DNA of 64,000 nt, taken from positions 1,120,001 through 1,184,000 of the forward strand of contig CBDAOB010000004.1 of the NCBI GenBank assembly GCA_965197905.1, written 5' to 3'. Shown piece after piece: positions 20,921-31,299 of the stretch. This DNA is from Candidatus Latescibacterota bacterium (lineage in GTDB: Bacteria > Latescibacterota > UBA2968 > UBA8231). Positions within the stretch are counted from its first letter, which is position 1. Each line of letters starts with the position of its first letter. Both the position numbers and the translations under genes were made by a program. The notes below the pieces were generated by a model. The model had not been told where the DNA came from and made no database searches. It saw nothing but the letters and a program-made list of their open reading frames with translations.

Positions 20921-22386
20921 GAGCCGCGATTCTGATCCTGATCGGTTGCGGGGTGATTTTCCCCAAGTTGTCGTGGGCATCCGAAACCTCCAAGCTTGCA
21001 GCCCGAATCGACAGTTTGCTGGTCGCAGGCAACTTGAAGGCCGCGGCGCGAATTATTCAGAAGGAGCGCGAGGTCGCCGGCGACGAAAGGTTGTTCGGTT
21101 GGAGACGCGCCGAAATTTACCTGGCTAGGGGTGAGTACCAAGATGCCGTGGCGGAGTACGCCAGATACCTGACGAAAAAACCCCATCACTACTCAGCTCT
21201 CGAAGGGCGATTGCGGCAACTGATGGGCGAGCCCGAAGGCGCAGCCGACATACTGAAGGCGCTGGCCGTAGCCGCGGCGGGGGCTGACGACGGCCTGCAA
21301 CTGTCGTTGTTGACCTCCTCCTGCGCACTGATGGCCGGCAAGCCCCGGCTGGGGTTCGATGCCCTCGCTCCGTACGCTTCCGACCCACAGGTGTCGATCG
21401 TCGTTTTGCAGTTCGCTCACAAATGCGAGGCGAAGGGCTATCTTGAAGTAGCCGTCGCCGCTTATGGACGGTACGCCGATCAAAATCCAGATTCCCCGCA
21501 GCACTACACCAGTCTAGTGCGTCAGGCGGAGGTGGCTTCCAAACTCGGGAAACACGCCAAGGCCGTGGAGCTTTACAGTCGTTTGGCCCGCGATTTCCCA
21601 GATAGACCGGAAGCGTTGGATGCGTTCTTGGGTCTGGGCCGGTTGTATCTGGAGGAGTTCAACCAACCGAAAACCGCTCAACCCCTGTTGCTGAAGGCCG
21701 TCAACGGATCTCCGGGCACCGAAAGGAGCCTGCACGCCACCTCCCTCATGGCCGAGTGCGCCCTGCGATTGGACGAACTGGACGAGGCTCTTTCCCTCGT
21801 CGAAAACGTCGATAGGAAGGTGCCGATTCCGTACGAATTGCGACTGCAACGAGCCGAGATTCGCTACTTTCGTCACGATTTCGCAGCGGCGGCAGACACC
21901 CTGCAGCAGCTTTTGTTGGAAGACCTGCAGGAGGATTTGGCGAACGACGCACTGGCGCTTCTTCTTCGCGTCGACGACCGGGAGAACCATCCTCGTGCCC
22001 TCGAGATTCTTGCGCGTGCCCAGCTATTCGAACGCCAGCAACGAACCGAGGAAGCGGCCGCGGCGTGGCACTGGCTCCGGCTGAAGGCCCCGTTGTCGCT
22101 GCGACCCCTTGGCTTGTTGCTGCAGGCGAACCACCGGATCGACGCGGGGGACGACGGAACAGCCTCAACGCTCCTGGACAACCTGGTGGCGTCTTTTCCC
22201 GCAAGCCCATACGCCCTGGATGCCCAGCTCCGGTTGGCGAATATCTACTTGCGAGACGGGCAGCGCGCCCGCGCGCTAAAGACCTTCGAAACGGCCGTGC
22301 TCGCCTTTCCGCAGGATGCGCGCACTCCCGAGATTCGTTTGAAGATTCAACGGTTGAGAGCCGAACAAAACCGGAACCCTGAATGA
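20917..22386 (+). CDS. Exported tetratricopeptide-repeat protein
   Basis: GTGA overlap with the upstream stop; signal-like N-terminus; repeated A...Y..L...FP.S..A TPR (BamD/CpoB-like) helices. Confidence 0.8.
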   Translation: MRAAILILIGCGVIFPKLSWASETSKLAARIDSLLVAGNLKAAARIIQKEREVAGDERLFGWRRAEIYLARGEYQDAVAEYARYLTKKPHHYSALEGRLRQLMGEPEGAADILKALAVAAAGADDGLQLSLLTSSCALMAGKPRLGFDALAPYASDPQVSIVVLQFAHKCEAKGYLEVAVAAYGRYADQNPDSPQHYTSLVRQAEVASKLGKHAKAVELYSRLARDFPDRPEALDAFLGLGRLYLEEFNQPKTAQPLLLKAVNGSPGTERSLHATSLMAECALRLDELDEALSLVENVDRKVPIPYELRLQRAEIRYFRHDFAAAADTLQQLLLEDLQEDLANDALALLLRVDDRENHPRALEILARAQLFERQQRTEEAAAAWHWLRLKAPLSLRPLGLLLQANHRIDAGDDGTASTLLDNLVASFPASPYALDAQLRLANIYLRDGQRARALKTFETAVLAFPQDARTPEIRLKIQRLRAEQNRNPE

Positions 22387-23642
22387 GAAACACCCTGCTG
22401 GTAGCCACGCTCGTAGGTTGGGCCGTCAACGTGTCCGCGGACAGGCTGCTCATTCCAATGGACCAATCGCAGCGCAATCACCTCAAAGCGTATGGAGCCG
22501 CGTTTTGGGCTTTGGAACGGGGCGCTCTGGTCGAATGGCTACTCAACTATCGCGGCGGCTCCTTTCTACTGCAGTCCGATCCGCTCATTGAACGGGAGGT
22601 GCAGATTCGCGGGGTCGGTGTTTCCCGCATCTCCGAAAGCAGCGCTGCAGCGATCTACGTCGAGGTTGATCGCGGCAACATGGAGGTGGTGCGCCTCGAA
22701 AAGGCGCCGAAAATCGCAATCTACACACCGCCCAACTCCCAGCCGTGGGACGACGCGGTGACCATGGCGCTGGATTACGCTCAGATCGATTACGAGAAAA
22801 TTTGGGACGAGGAGGTATTGAAGGGAAAGCTGAGCGAGTTCGACTGGCTGCATTTACATCACGAAGACTTCACGGGTCAGTACGGGAAATTCTTCCAAAG
22901 CGAGCGCCATCGATCCTGGTATCAGGAGCAGCAGCAACTCTACGAGGCGTGGGCGCGGCGGCTAGGATTTCAAAAAGTCTCCAACTTGAAGAAAGAGGTG
23001 GCTCGCACCATTCGCACATACGTGGAGCAGGGCGGTTTTCTCTTTGCTATGTGCTCTGCTACCGACACCTTCGACATCGCCCTCTCCGCTTCCGGAACAG
23101 ACATCGTGCACGAGGTCTACGATGGCGATCCCGCTGACGCCAATGCCCAGTCGCGGCTCGATTTCGCCAACACCGTTGCCTTCGAAAATTTCCGCCTTAT
23201 AGAAGATCCGCTTTATTACGAATTCTCAGACATTGACACGACGCCGACACCGCTGTTGCAGACCCGAGGCGCTGAAGCGGATTATTTTACCCTGTTCGAG
23301 TTCTCCGCCAAACACGATCCGGTGCCAACCATGTTGACCCAGTGTCATACCAACGTGGTCAATGGATTCGTTGGTCAAACCACTGATTTCAAACGTCAGC
23401 TGATCAAAGACTCGGTCGTAATTCTTGCCGAGGTAGAAGGATCGGACGCCGTACGCTATATCCATGGCCAGGTAGGCCGTGGCACGTTCACCTTCTACGG
23501 CGGCCACGATCCCGAGGATTACCGCCATCACGTGGGCGAACCTCCGACGCAGCTGACCCTGTTCCCCACTTCCCCGGGTTACCGGTTGATTCTCAACAAC
23601 GTATTATTTCCCGCAGCCAAAAAGAAGGAAAGAAAAACATGA
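22383..23642 (+). CDS. Conserved exported protein with class I glutamine-amidotransferase-like motifs (family often auto-labelled 'asparagine synthetase B')
   Basis: Signal peptide; NHLKAYG, WLLNYRGGSF, PWDDAVT, WLHLHHEDFTGQYGKF, GGFLFAMCSATD, GGHDPEDY, GYRLILNNVLFPAA. Confidence 0.7.
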   Translation: MRNTLLVATLVGWAVNVSADRLLIPMDQSQRNHLKAYGAAFWALERGALVEWLLNYRGGSFLLQSDPLIEREVQIRGVGVSRISESSAAAIYVEVDRGNMEVVRLEKAPKIAIYTPPNSQPWDDAVTMALDYAQIDYEKIWDEEVLKGKLSEFDWLHLHHEDFTGQYGKFFQSERHRSWYQEQQQLYEAWARRLGFQKVSNLKKEVARTIRTYVEQGGFLFAMCSATDTFDIALSASGTDIVHEVYDGDPADANAQSRLDFANTVAFENFRLIEDPLYYEFSDIDTTPTPLLQTRGAEADYFTLFEFSAKHDPVPTMLTQCHTNVVNGFVGQTTDFKRQLIKDSVVILAEVEGSDAVRYIHGQVGRGTFTFYGGHDPEDYRHHVGEPPTQLTLFPTSPGYRLILNNVLFPAAKKKERKT

Positions 23643-23742
23643 ACCTCGACCGACGGCCGACCAGCTCGAGCGCGAAGCGGCGACAGCCGCGGCACGGCCT
23701 GCGCGCCGCAAAGCATTTTTGCGCACCACTAGTGAGGCACCC

Positions 23743-24756
23743 GTGAGCCAGACAACGAATCAGTTGCACCAGAATGATGACGTTGAGGCGGTGGAACGAC
23801 TCGCCGGAGTCAGCGAGAGACTCTATGCCGAGATCGGCAAGGTCGTCATTGGCCAAAGCGACATCGTCGAGCAGCTGTTTATCGCCCTGTTGGCGGGCGG
23901 TCATTGTCTTTTGGTCGGCGTTCCGGGCTTGGCGAAGACGACCTTGATCCAAACTCTGGCCCGGAGCCTGGATCTAAGATTTGGCCGCATTCAGTTCACC
24001 CCCGACCTGATGCCCTCCGACATAACGGGCACCGAGGTCCTGGAGGAGGATGCCGACAGCCACCGCAAGCAGTTTCGTTTTGTTCGCGGTCCCATATTCG
24101 CCAACATTATCCTCGCCGACGAGATCAACCGGACCCCTCCCAAGACCCAGGCTGCGCTGCTGCAGGCCATGCAGGAACACGCCGTCACCGCGGGCGGCCA
24201 TACCATGAGGTTGGAGGAGCCTTTTTTTGTTCTGGCCACTCAGAATCCGATCGAGCAGGAAGGCACCTACCCGCTGCCCGAGGCCCAGTTGGATCGGTTC
24301 ATCTTCAACCTGTGGATGGACTACCCGGATGCGAGCGAGGAAGAGGAGATCGTGCGGGTCACCACAAGCTCCGGCGGCGCCGATGTTGGGGCCGTTCTAA
24401 GTGGGGCGGAGATCGCCGAGGTACAGCAGCTGGTACGGCGAGTCCCGGTAGCCGATCACGTCGTCAGCTTCGCCGTGAACCTAGTGCGCTGTACCCGTCC
24501 CGGCGATCCCGGCGCACCGGACTATGTCCGCGAGTTAATCCATTGGGGGGCGGGTCCACGAGCCTCTCAAAACCTCGTACTGACCGCCAAAGCCCGGGCG
24601 ATCTTGCACGGACGCCACTCCGTCGCCACCGAAGATATCAAAGAGGTGGCGTTACCGGTTCTGCGTCATCGCCTCGTGGTCAATTTCCACGCCGAAGCGC
24701 AGAACGTCGGTGCGTCGGACCTCGTGCAGCGGCTTCTCGACAGCAACCCTTCCTGA
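23743..24756 (+). CDS. moxR: MoxR-family AAA+ ATPase
   Basis: GVPGLAKT, RIQFTPDLMPSDITG, LADEINRTPPKTQAALL, ATQNPIEQEGTYPLPEAQLDRF. Confidence 0.95.
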   Translation: MSQTTNQLHQNDDVEAVERLAGVSERLYAEIGKVVIGQSDIVEQLFIALLAGGHCLLVGVPGLAKTTLIQTLARSLDLRFGRIQFTPDLMPSDITGTEVLEEDADSHRKQFRFVRGPIFANIILADEINRTPPKTQAALLQAMQEHAVTAGGHTMRLEEPFFVLATQNPIEQEGTYPLPEAQLDRFIFNLWMDYPDASEEEEIVRVTTSSGGADVGAVLSGAEIAEVQQLVRRVPVADHVVSFAVNLVRCTRPGDPGAPDYVRELIHWGAGPRASQNLVLTAKARAILHGRHSVATEDIKEVALPVLRHRLVVNFHAEAQNVGASDLVQRLLDSNPS

Positions 24757-24757
24757 C

Positions 24758-25681
24758 GTGGCTGCGAGCGACAGATCGGAAACACCTGAAGTAGCCTCAT
24801 ATCTCGATCCGGAGGTAGCTTCCCGACTGGGCCGCCTCGATCTCGTCGCGCGGCTGGTGGTGGAGGGATTCATCACCGGATTGCACCGCAGTCCATATCA
24901 CGGTTTCTCGGTAGAATTTTCGGAGCACAGACCCTACCTGCCCGGCGACTCGGCTCGCAATATCGATTGGAAGGCGTTCGGAAAAACCGACCGGCTGTAC
25001 GTAAAACAGTTCGAAGAGGAAACCAACCTCAAAGCTTATCTCGTCCTCGACGTGAGCGGATCGATGGGGTTTCAATCGGGAGCGGCCATCAGCAAGTTCC
25101 GCTACGCTTCATCATTGGCCGCGGCGCTGGCCTATCTGATGTTGCGTCAGCGCGATGCCGTCGGCCTGCTGCTGTTCCACGAAGAGATTGAATCCTTCGT
25201 GCCACCGCGTTCCGTCCATAGCCATCTGCACGTGCTGTTGAAAGAGATCGGTCGCGCCGAACCGGCGGCTGAAACCCGCATCGGCCCCGCTTTCGAAAGC
25301 CTGGTCGAACGCATCTCCCGCCGCGGGTTGATCGTAGTCTTTTCCGACCTTCTCGATGACCCTGCCCAAGTGCTTCAGGGTCTTAGACATTTTAGGCACC
25401 GGGGTCATGAGGTTATTCTGTTTCATGTGCTGGATCCCCGCGAGCGGGACCTGAGTTTTCGCGGCAGCACCCGGTTCATCGACCTGGAGGATCCCGACAA
25501 CGCCCTGTCGACCCAACCTTGGCACGTACAACACGAGTATCGCCAGCTCATGGATGAGATGATAGCTACCTATCGCCACGGCTGCGCCGAAGCCCGAATC
25601 GACTACGTGCTCCTGGACACCGCAACCCCATTTGACGTCGCCCTTACCCGCTATCTCGTGCGCAGAAATCGGATCGGCTGA
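24758..25681 (+). CDS. DUF58 family protein (VWA-like, MoxR-associated)
   Basis: GLHRSPYHGFSVEFSEHRPY.PGD, IDWK, KQFEEETN, DVSGSM MIDAS-like motif. Confidence 0.92.
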   Translation: MAASDRSETPEVASYLDPEVASRLGRLDLVARLVVEGFITGLHRSPYHGFSVEFSEHRPYLPGDSARNIDWKAFGKTDRLYVKQFEEETNLKAYLVLDVSGSMGFQSGAAISKFRYASSLAAALAYLMLRQRDAVGLLLFHEEIESFVPPRSVHSHLHVLLKEIGRAEPAAETRIGPAFESLVERISRRGLIVVFSDLLDDPAQVLQGLRHFRHRGHEVILFHVLDPRERDLSFRGSTRFIDLEDPDNALSTQPWHVQHEYRQLMDEMIATYRHGCAEARIDYVLLDTATPFDVALTRYLVRRNRIG

Positions 25682-25744
25682 TCCACCGGCATTGGTCGCG
25701 CTGCAGATTTTTTTAGGTGTGCCGATAGCATTAAAGGGTGAATC

Positions 25745-25773
25745 TTGACTTTTTTGTACACATAGGATATTTT
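25745..25773 (+). promoter_or_regulatory. Putative sigma70-type promoter of the suf operon
   Basis: TTGACT (25745-50), 17-bp spacer, TATTTT (25768-73). Confidence 0.55.
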
Positions 25774-25828
25774 GGTACTCCGGGGTCGATAGCTTTTCCC
25801 CTAACCGACTCGACTCTTTTGACTTAAA

Positions 25829-25850
25829 ATCTTGACTTTTTTGTCAAGAT
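25829..25850. promoter_or_regulatory. Palindromic operator, probable Rrf2/IscR-like binding site
   Basis: Perfect inverted repeat ATCTTGAC-TTTTTT-GTCAAGAT. A degenerate copy (ATCTTGAC-TTTTTT-GTACACAT) at 25742-25763 overlaps the -35. Confidence 0.7.
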
Positions 25851-25901
25851 AATCGCCAGCTCACCGCAGACCTGGCGCTAACTGAGAGGTCTGGAAACCA
25901 G

Positions 25902-27368
25902 ATGACGACGGCTGAAACCGGAATCGAAGAGCTCGCAACTCAGGAGTATAAGTACGGTTTTGTAACCGACATCGATGCGGACGAAGCTCCTCCGGGTCTG
26001 AATGAGGATATCATCCGTTTCATCTCCGCCAAGAAGGACGAGCCCGAGTTCATGCTCGAATGGCGTCTCAAAGCCTACCGAAATTGGCAAAAGATGGACG
26101 ACCCAACCCGACGGAAACCCAGCCGGCTGTGGGCTATGGTCAACTATCCGGACGTGGACTATCAGAGCATCATCTACTATTCCGCCCCGAAGCAGAAGAA
26201 AGGTCCGGAAAGCCTGGATGAGGTGGATCCGGAGCTGTTGGCGACTTACGAAAAGCTGGGCATACCGCTGGCGGAGCAGAAGATGTTGACGGGAGTGGCG
26301 GTGGATGCGGTGTTCGACAGCGTCTCGGTGGCCACGACCTTCAAGGAGAAACTCGGCGAGCTTGGCATCATCTTCTGTTCCTTCAGCGAGGCCGTGCAGA
26401 ACCATCCCGATCTAGTCAAGAAGTACCTCGGGTCCGTAGTACCCTACAACGATAATTTCTTCGCGGCCCTGAATTCAGCCGTGTTCAGCGACGGGTCGTT
26501 TGTTTTCATACCCAAGGGTGTCCGCTGTCCGATGGAGCTGTCCACCTATTTTCGCATCAACGCGGCAAACACGGGTCAGTTCGAACGCACGTTGATTGTT
26601 GCCGACGAGGACAGCTACGTCAGCTACCTCGAGGGTTGTACGGCGCCCATGCGTGACGAGAATCAGCTACATGCAGCTGTGGTGGAGCTGGTCACCCTAG
26701 ATCGAGCCCAGATCAAATACTCGACCGTGCAGAACTGGTATCCCGGGGACGCCAACGGCGTCGGTGGCATCTACAACTTTGTCACCAAACGCGGCGCCTG
26801 CCGCGGCGTCGATTCGAAGATCTCATGGACCCAGGTAGAAACCGGATCCGCCATCACCTGGAAATACCCCAGCTGCATCCTTCAGGGAGACCGTTCCGTA
26901 GGCGAATTCTACTCCGTAGCCGTTTCGGCGCTGCGGCAGCAGGCGGATACCGGCACCAAGATGATTCACTTAGGCAAGGACACCCGGAGCACGGTTATAT
27001 CCAAGGGGATATCCGCCGCGCACGGCCAGAATACCTATAGAGGATGGGTCAACATACAGCGCAACGCAGCCAACGCCCGCAACTACACCCAATGCGACTC
27101 GATGTTGATTGGCGACCAGTGCGGAGCGCACACCTTTCCCTATATCGATGTCAAGAACACCTCTTCCCAGGTGGAGCACGAAGCCTCTACCTCGAAGATT
27201 GGTGAAGATCAAATCTTTTACTGCAATCAGCGTGGGTTGTCCACCGAGGACGCGGTATCTCTCATCGTGAACGGTTTCTGCAAAGAGGTGCTGGCCGAAC
27301 TTCCCATGGAATTCGCCGTGGAGGCCCAGAAGCTGCTGGGTATTAGCCTGGAGGGCAGCGTTGGTTGA
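25902..27368 (+). CDS. sufB: Fe-S cluster assembly protein SufB
   Basis: [67 protein letters not shown]. Confidence 0.98.
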   Translation: MTTAETGIEELATQEYKYGFVTDIDADEAPPGLNEDIIRFISAKKDEPEFMLEWRLKAYRNWQKMDDPTRRKPSRLWAMVNYPDVDYQSIIYYSAPKQKKGPESLDEVDPELLATYEKLGIPLAEQKMLTGVAVDAVFDSVSVATTFKEKLGELGIIFCSFSEAVQNHPDLVKKYLGSVVPYNDNFFAALNSAVFSDGSFVFIPKGVRCPMELSTYFRINAANTGQFERTLIVADEDSYVSYLEGCTAPMRDENQLHAAVVELVTLDRAQIKYSTVQNWYPGDANGVGGIYNFVTKRGACRGVDSKISWTQVETGSAITWKYPSCILQGDRSVGEFYSVAVSALRQQADTGTKMIHLGKDTRSTVISKGISAAHGQNTYRGWVNIQRNAANARNYTQCDSMLIGDQCGAHTFPYIDVKNTSSQVEHEASTSKIGEDQIFYCNQRGLSTEDAVSLIVNGFCKEVLAELPMEFAVEAQKLLGISLEGSVG

Positions 27369-27440
27369 CTCGGGGCGTGGCTGGCACCACGCCGGCTGAC
27401 TCAAAATGAGTCTGGTAGGCCAAAATTTTGGAGACCTAAG

Positions 27441-28202
27441 ATGTTGAAGATCGAGAATCTGCACGCCTCTGTTGAAGGGAGCGAAATCCTGAGGGGCGTC
27501 GACCTGGCTGTTGGCGAGGGCGAGGTTCACGCCATCATGGGTCCGAATGGCTCGGGCAAGAGCACCCTGGCTCAAGTGTTGGCCGGCCATGAAGCGTACG
27601 AGGTGACCGCAGGGTCGGTAACCTACGAGGGAAACGACCTGTTGGAGATGGCTCCGGAGGAGAGAGCACGCGAGGGCCTGTTCCTCGCCTTCCAGTACCC
27701 GGTAGAGATACCCGGAGTCAACTCGGCCTATTTCCTCCGCACGGGTTTGAATGAAATCCGCAAACACCGGGGGGAGGAGGAGGTCGATGCCCTGGATTTT
27801 CTGAGCCTCATTCGCGAGAAGCTCAAGTTGGTGGAGATGGATGAGAGCTTCTTGAAGCGCGCCGTCAACGATGGTTTTTCAGGGGGCGAGAAGAAGCGGC
27901 ACGAGATCCTGCAGATGGCAGTCCTCGAACCCAGGCTTGCCATTTTGGACGAGACCGACTCCGGCCTCGACATCGATGCCTTGCGCATCGTAGCGGATGG
28001 CGTCAACCTGTTGCACGACCAACACAAAAGCGTCGTTGTCGTAACTCACTACCAGCGGCTTTTGGAGTACATCGTACCCGATTTTGTCCACGTCCTGTCG
28101 GCGGGTCGTATCGTGAAGTCGGGCGGCAAGGAGCTGGCGCTGGAATTGGAGGAAAAAGGGTACGACTGGCTGCGGCAGGACGAAGTCGAGCTCGGGAACT
28201 GA
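27441..28202 (+). CDS. sufC: Fe-S cluster assembly ATPase SufC
   Basis: [48 protein letters not shown]. Confidence 0.98.
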   Translation: MLKIENLHASVEGSEILRGVDLAVGEGEVHAIMGPNGSGKSTLAQVLAGHEAYEVTAGSVTYEGNDLLEMAPEERAREGLFLAFQYPVEIPGVNSAYFLRTGLNEIRKHRGEEEVDALDFLSLIREKLKLVEMDESFLKRAVNDGFSGGEKKRHEILQMAVLEPRLAILDETDSGLDIDALRIVADGVNLLHDQHKSVVVVTHYQRLLEYIVPDFVHVLSAGRIVKSGGKELALELEEKGYDWLRQDEVELGN

Positions 28203-28206
28203 GCCA

Positions 28207-29565
28207 ATGGTTCGCTCACAAATCAAGAAGGCCGACCACACCCATCGCTACCGCGTTCTTTTCGAAGATGCCGCCAAGAGTTTGAACGGTGCATCCGCAC
28301 CTCTACTTGCCGGCGCCCGGCAGGAGGCGATGGACCGATTCTTGGAGATGGGGTTTCCCACCACCCGAGACGAAGACTGGCGTTATACCCGGCTCGATCC
28401 CCTCTGGAAGACCGACTTCGAACCGGCGCTGGAAGTACCGTCTGACCGTATTTCGGCAGCGGATGTCAATTCCTGGTCCCCCTTTGACGACAGCGGCATT
28501 CAGCTGGTTTTCATCAATGGTCACTACGCCGAAGGGTTGTCCTCTACCGATCTGGTGCCCGGAAATTGGTCGGTCTGTAGTTTGGCCCAGGCGTGTGAGA
28601 AACACCAAACCCTCATCGAACCGCATTTGAGCCGTCATGTTTCGTTCAAGGAGCACGCGTTTGTCGCTCTCAACACCGCTTTTGCGCAGGATGGAGCGTT
28701 CATTCGAATCGGCAAAGGTGGCAGCGCCGAGCATCCGATTCATCTGCTCTTTCTCACCACCGATGGGGGCGGTAGGGTGTTCTCGTCCCCCAGAAACCTG
28801 ATTGTTGCCGAAGCCGGAAGTCGGGCCCGCGTGGTGGAAAGCTACGTCGGTTGCGGCAAGAATCCGTCGTTGACCAACGTCGTCAGCGAGATCGTCGTGG
28901 AAGAGGAAGCAATCCTCGACCACTACAAGATCCAACGAGGCGGAAACGGCACGATTCACCTCGACACGATGCAGATGGTGGCAGCATCGAAAGCCACCTT
29001 CAAATCGACGTGCGTCACGGTCGGAGGACTCCTCACGCGCAACAACGTCGCCACCGTTCTCGACGGCGAAGGGATCGACTCAACCTTGAACGGCCTCTAC
29101 CTCGTAGACGGCGAAGAGCACATCGACAATCACACGCTCATAGAACACGCGCAACCGAATTGCGGCAGCCATGAATTTTACAAGGGTGTTTTGAGCGGCT
29201 CCGCCACAGCCGCGTTCAGGGGACGTATTCTCGTCCGACGTCCGGCGCAAAAGACAGACGCCTATCAGTCCAATCAAAATCTGCTCCTTTCCGAGAAAGC
29301 CGATGTCAATACGCGGCCACAGCTCGAGATCTATGCAGACGACGTGAAATGCAGCCACGGTGCGACGGTCGGGCAATTAGACGAAGACGCCACATTCTAC
29401 CTTCGCTCTCGCGGCCTGGGGCGCGATATGGCAACCGATGTTTTGACCCAGGCTTTCGCCGGGGAGGTGGTAGACCGAATCGAGAACGAACCGTTGCGGG
29501 ATCTGGTGTCGCGACTGGCTGCGGATAAGCTCGAGGCGGGTCGAATCGCGAGGAGCGAATCTTGA
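28207..29565 (+). CDS. sufD: Fe-S cluster assembly protein SufD
   Basis: FPTTRDEDWRYT, AQKTDAYQ, PQLEIYADDVKCSHGATVG. Confidence 0.97.
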   Translation: MVRSQIKKADHTHRYRVLFEDAAKSLNGASAPLLAGARQEAMDRFLEMGFPTTRDEDWRYTRLDPLWKTDFEPALEVPSDRISAADVNSWSPFDDSGIQLVFINGHYAEGLSSTDLVPGNWSVCSLAQACEKHQTLIEPHLSRHVSFKEHAFVALNTAFAQDGAFIRIGKGGSAEHPIHLLFLTTDGGGRVFSSPRNLIVAEAGSRARVVESYVGCGKNPSLTNVVSEIVVEEEAILDHYKIQRGGNGTIHLDTMQMVAASKATFKSTCVTVGGLLTRNNVATVLDGEGIDSTLNGLYLVDGEEHIDNHTLIEHAQPNCGSHEFYKGVLSGSATAAFRGRILVRRPAQKTDAYQSNQNLLLSEKADVNTRPQLEIYADDVKCSHGATVGQLDEDATFYLRSRGLGRDMATDVLTQAFAGEVVDRIENEPLRDLVSRLAADKLEAGRIARSES

Positions 29566-30830
29566 GTCAATCAACCCTCGAAGTTGGCACCGAATTGAGG
29601 CAGGAAGAGTTGGCCTTGGATGTGGAGCTCATTCGTCGCGACTTTCCCATCCTTGAGGAGCAAGTCCGCGACAAACCTCTAATCTACTTCGACAACGCCG
29701 CCACAACCCACAAACCCCAGGGAGTCCTTGCAGCCCTCGCGTCGTACTATACGACCGAGAATTCCAACATACATCGGGGCGTACATCACCTGAGCCAGCG
29801 AGCGACATTCTCCTTCGAGCGGGCACGAGGGCGCGTTCGCATGTTCCTGAACGCCAACGATGCCAGCGAGGTGATTTTTGTTCGAGGCACCACCGAGGCG
29901 ATCAATCTGGTCGCTCAGAGTTACGGTCGCGCCCACGTCAACGCCGGTGATGAGGTTGTCATTTCTCATATGGAGCACCATTCGAACATCGTACCCTGGC
30001 AGTTGCTCTGCGAGGAGAAGGGTGCTCGACTTCGCGTTATTCCCGTGGACGACGACAGCGAACTGGACATGGATGCCTTTGAGAGGTTGCTGAACGACCG
30101 AACTCGAATCGTCGCCGTCACCCACGCCTCCAACGTGACGGGAACGGTCAACCCCATCCAGCAGATCGTTGAATCTGCGCACCGCCACGGCGTTCCCGTG
30201 CTCGTGGATGGGGCGCAGGCGGTGCCTCACATGCTGGTTGACGTTCAAGAGTTGGGGTGTGATTTCTACGCCTTCTCCGGGCACAAATTCTTCGGACCGA
30301 CTGGAATTGGAGTGCTGTACGGAAAACACGCCCTGTTGGCAGAGATGCCCCCGTACGAGGGCGGCGGGTCGATGATCAAATCGGTGTCGTTCGAAGGGAC
30401 GACCTTTGCTCCCCCTCCGACCCGCTTCGAAGCCGGCACGCCAAACATAGCCGGCGCCATAGGTCTCGAGGCCGCCATCGAATATTTCGACCACGTAGGT
30501 GCCGAACGGATCCACCAACACGAACTCGCCGTGCTGGACTACGCGATTGAGCGGTTGTCCGCTATCGACGGGCTAACGATGATCGGAAATGCACGACACA
30601 AGGTGGGCGTCATCTCGTTTGTGATGGAATCCGCCCATCCGCACGATATCGGAACCATCCTCGACACGGAAGGCGTTGCCATCCGCACGGGACACCATTG
30701 CGCCCAACCACTCATGGAACGATTCAACGTGGCGGCCACGGCACGAGTATCCCTCGCTTTCTACAACACGCGTGAGGAGGTCGACGAACTGATCAAGGCA
30801 TTGGGAAGAGTCACGGAGGTATTTTCGTAA
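29562..30830 (+). CDS. sufS: Cysteine desulfurase SufS
   Basis: YFDNAATTHKP, EHHSNIVPW, SGHK (PLP Lys), RFEAGTP, RTGHHCAQP. Confidence 0.97.
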   Translation: MSQSTLEVGTELRQEELALDVELIRRDFPILEEQVRDKPLIYFDNAATTHKPQGVLAALASYYTTENSNIHRGVHHLSQRATFSFERARGRVRMFLNANDASEVIFVRGTTEAINLVAQSYGRAHVNAGDEVVISHMEHHSNIVPWQLLCEEKGARLRVIPVDDDSELDMDAFERLLNDRTRIVAVTHASNVTGTVNPIQQIVESAHRHGVPVLVDGAQAVPHMLVDVQELGCDFYAFSGHKFFGPTGIGVLYGKHALLAEMPPYEGGGSMIKSVSFEGTTFAPPPTRFEAGTPNIAGAIGLEAAIEYFDHVGAERIHQHELAVLDYAIERLSAIDGLTMIGNARHKVGVISFVMESAHPHDIGTILDTEGVAIRTGHHCAQPLMERFNVAATARVSLAFYNTREEVDELIKALGRVTEVFS

Positions 30831-31285
30831 TGACCGAGTTGCGCGAGCTCTATCAACAAATCATCCTCGACCACAACAGAAGTCCCCGGAACTTCGGAAA
30901 GCTGGAGACCCCTACCTCAGACCAGGAGGGATACAACCCGCTGTGCGGCGATCACCTTCACATCTACCTCCACGTAGACGAAGACGGGCTCATACAGGAT
31001 ATATCGTTCGAGGGTACGGGGTGCGCGATTTCGAAGGCCTCGGCCTCGCTGATGAGCACCATGGTAAAGGGGAAAACGGTCGAAGAAACCGAAACACTGT
31101 TTCGGGACTTTCACAACTTGCTGACTGGGGATGCTGATTCTGAGGTCGATATGGATGGCCTCGGTAAGTTGGCCGTCTTTGCGGGGGTCCGAGAATTTCC
31201 CATGCGGGTCAAATGCGCCACCTTGGCGTGGCATACGATGAAGGCTGCTCTCGCCGGTCAGGACCACCCCGTTTCCACCGAGTAA
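30830..31285 (+). CDS. sufU: SufU (IscU-like sulfur carrier/scaffold)
   Basis: LYQQIILDH, NPLCGD, GCAISKASAS, RVKCATLAWH. Confidence 0.95.
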   Translation: MTELRELYQQIILDHNRSPRNFGKLETPTSDQEGYNPLCGDHLHIYLHVDEDGLIQDISFEGTGCAISKASASLMSTMVKGKTVEETETLFRDFHNLLTGDADSEVDMDGLGKLAVFAGVREFPMRVKCATLAWHTMKAALAGQDHPVSTE

Positions 31286-31299
31286 AGGAGAGGTGTTTC

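Noticed and set aside
25902..27368. Intein in SufB
   Set aside because: The length is normal (488 aa), with only a few extra residues near [13 protein letters not shown] and no intein motifs.
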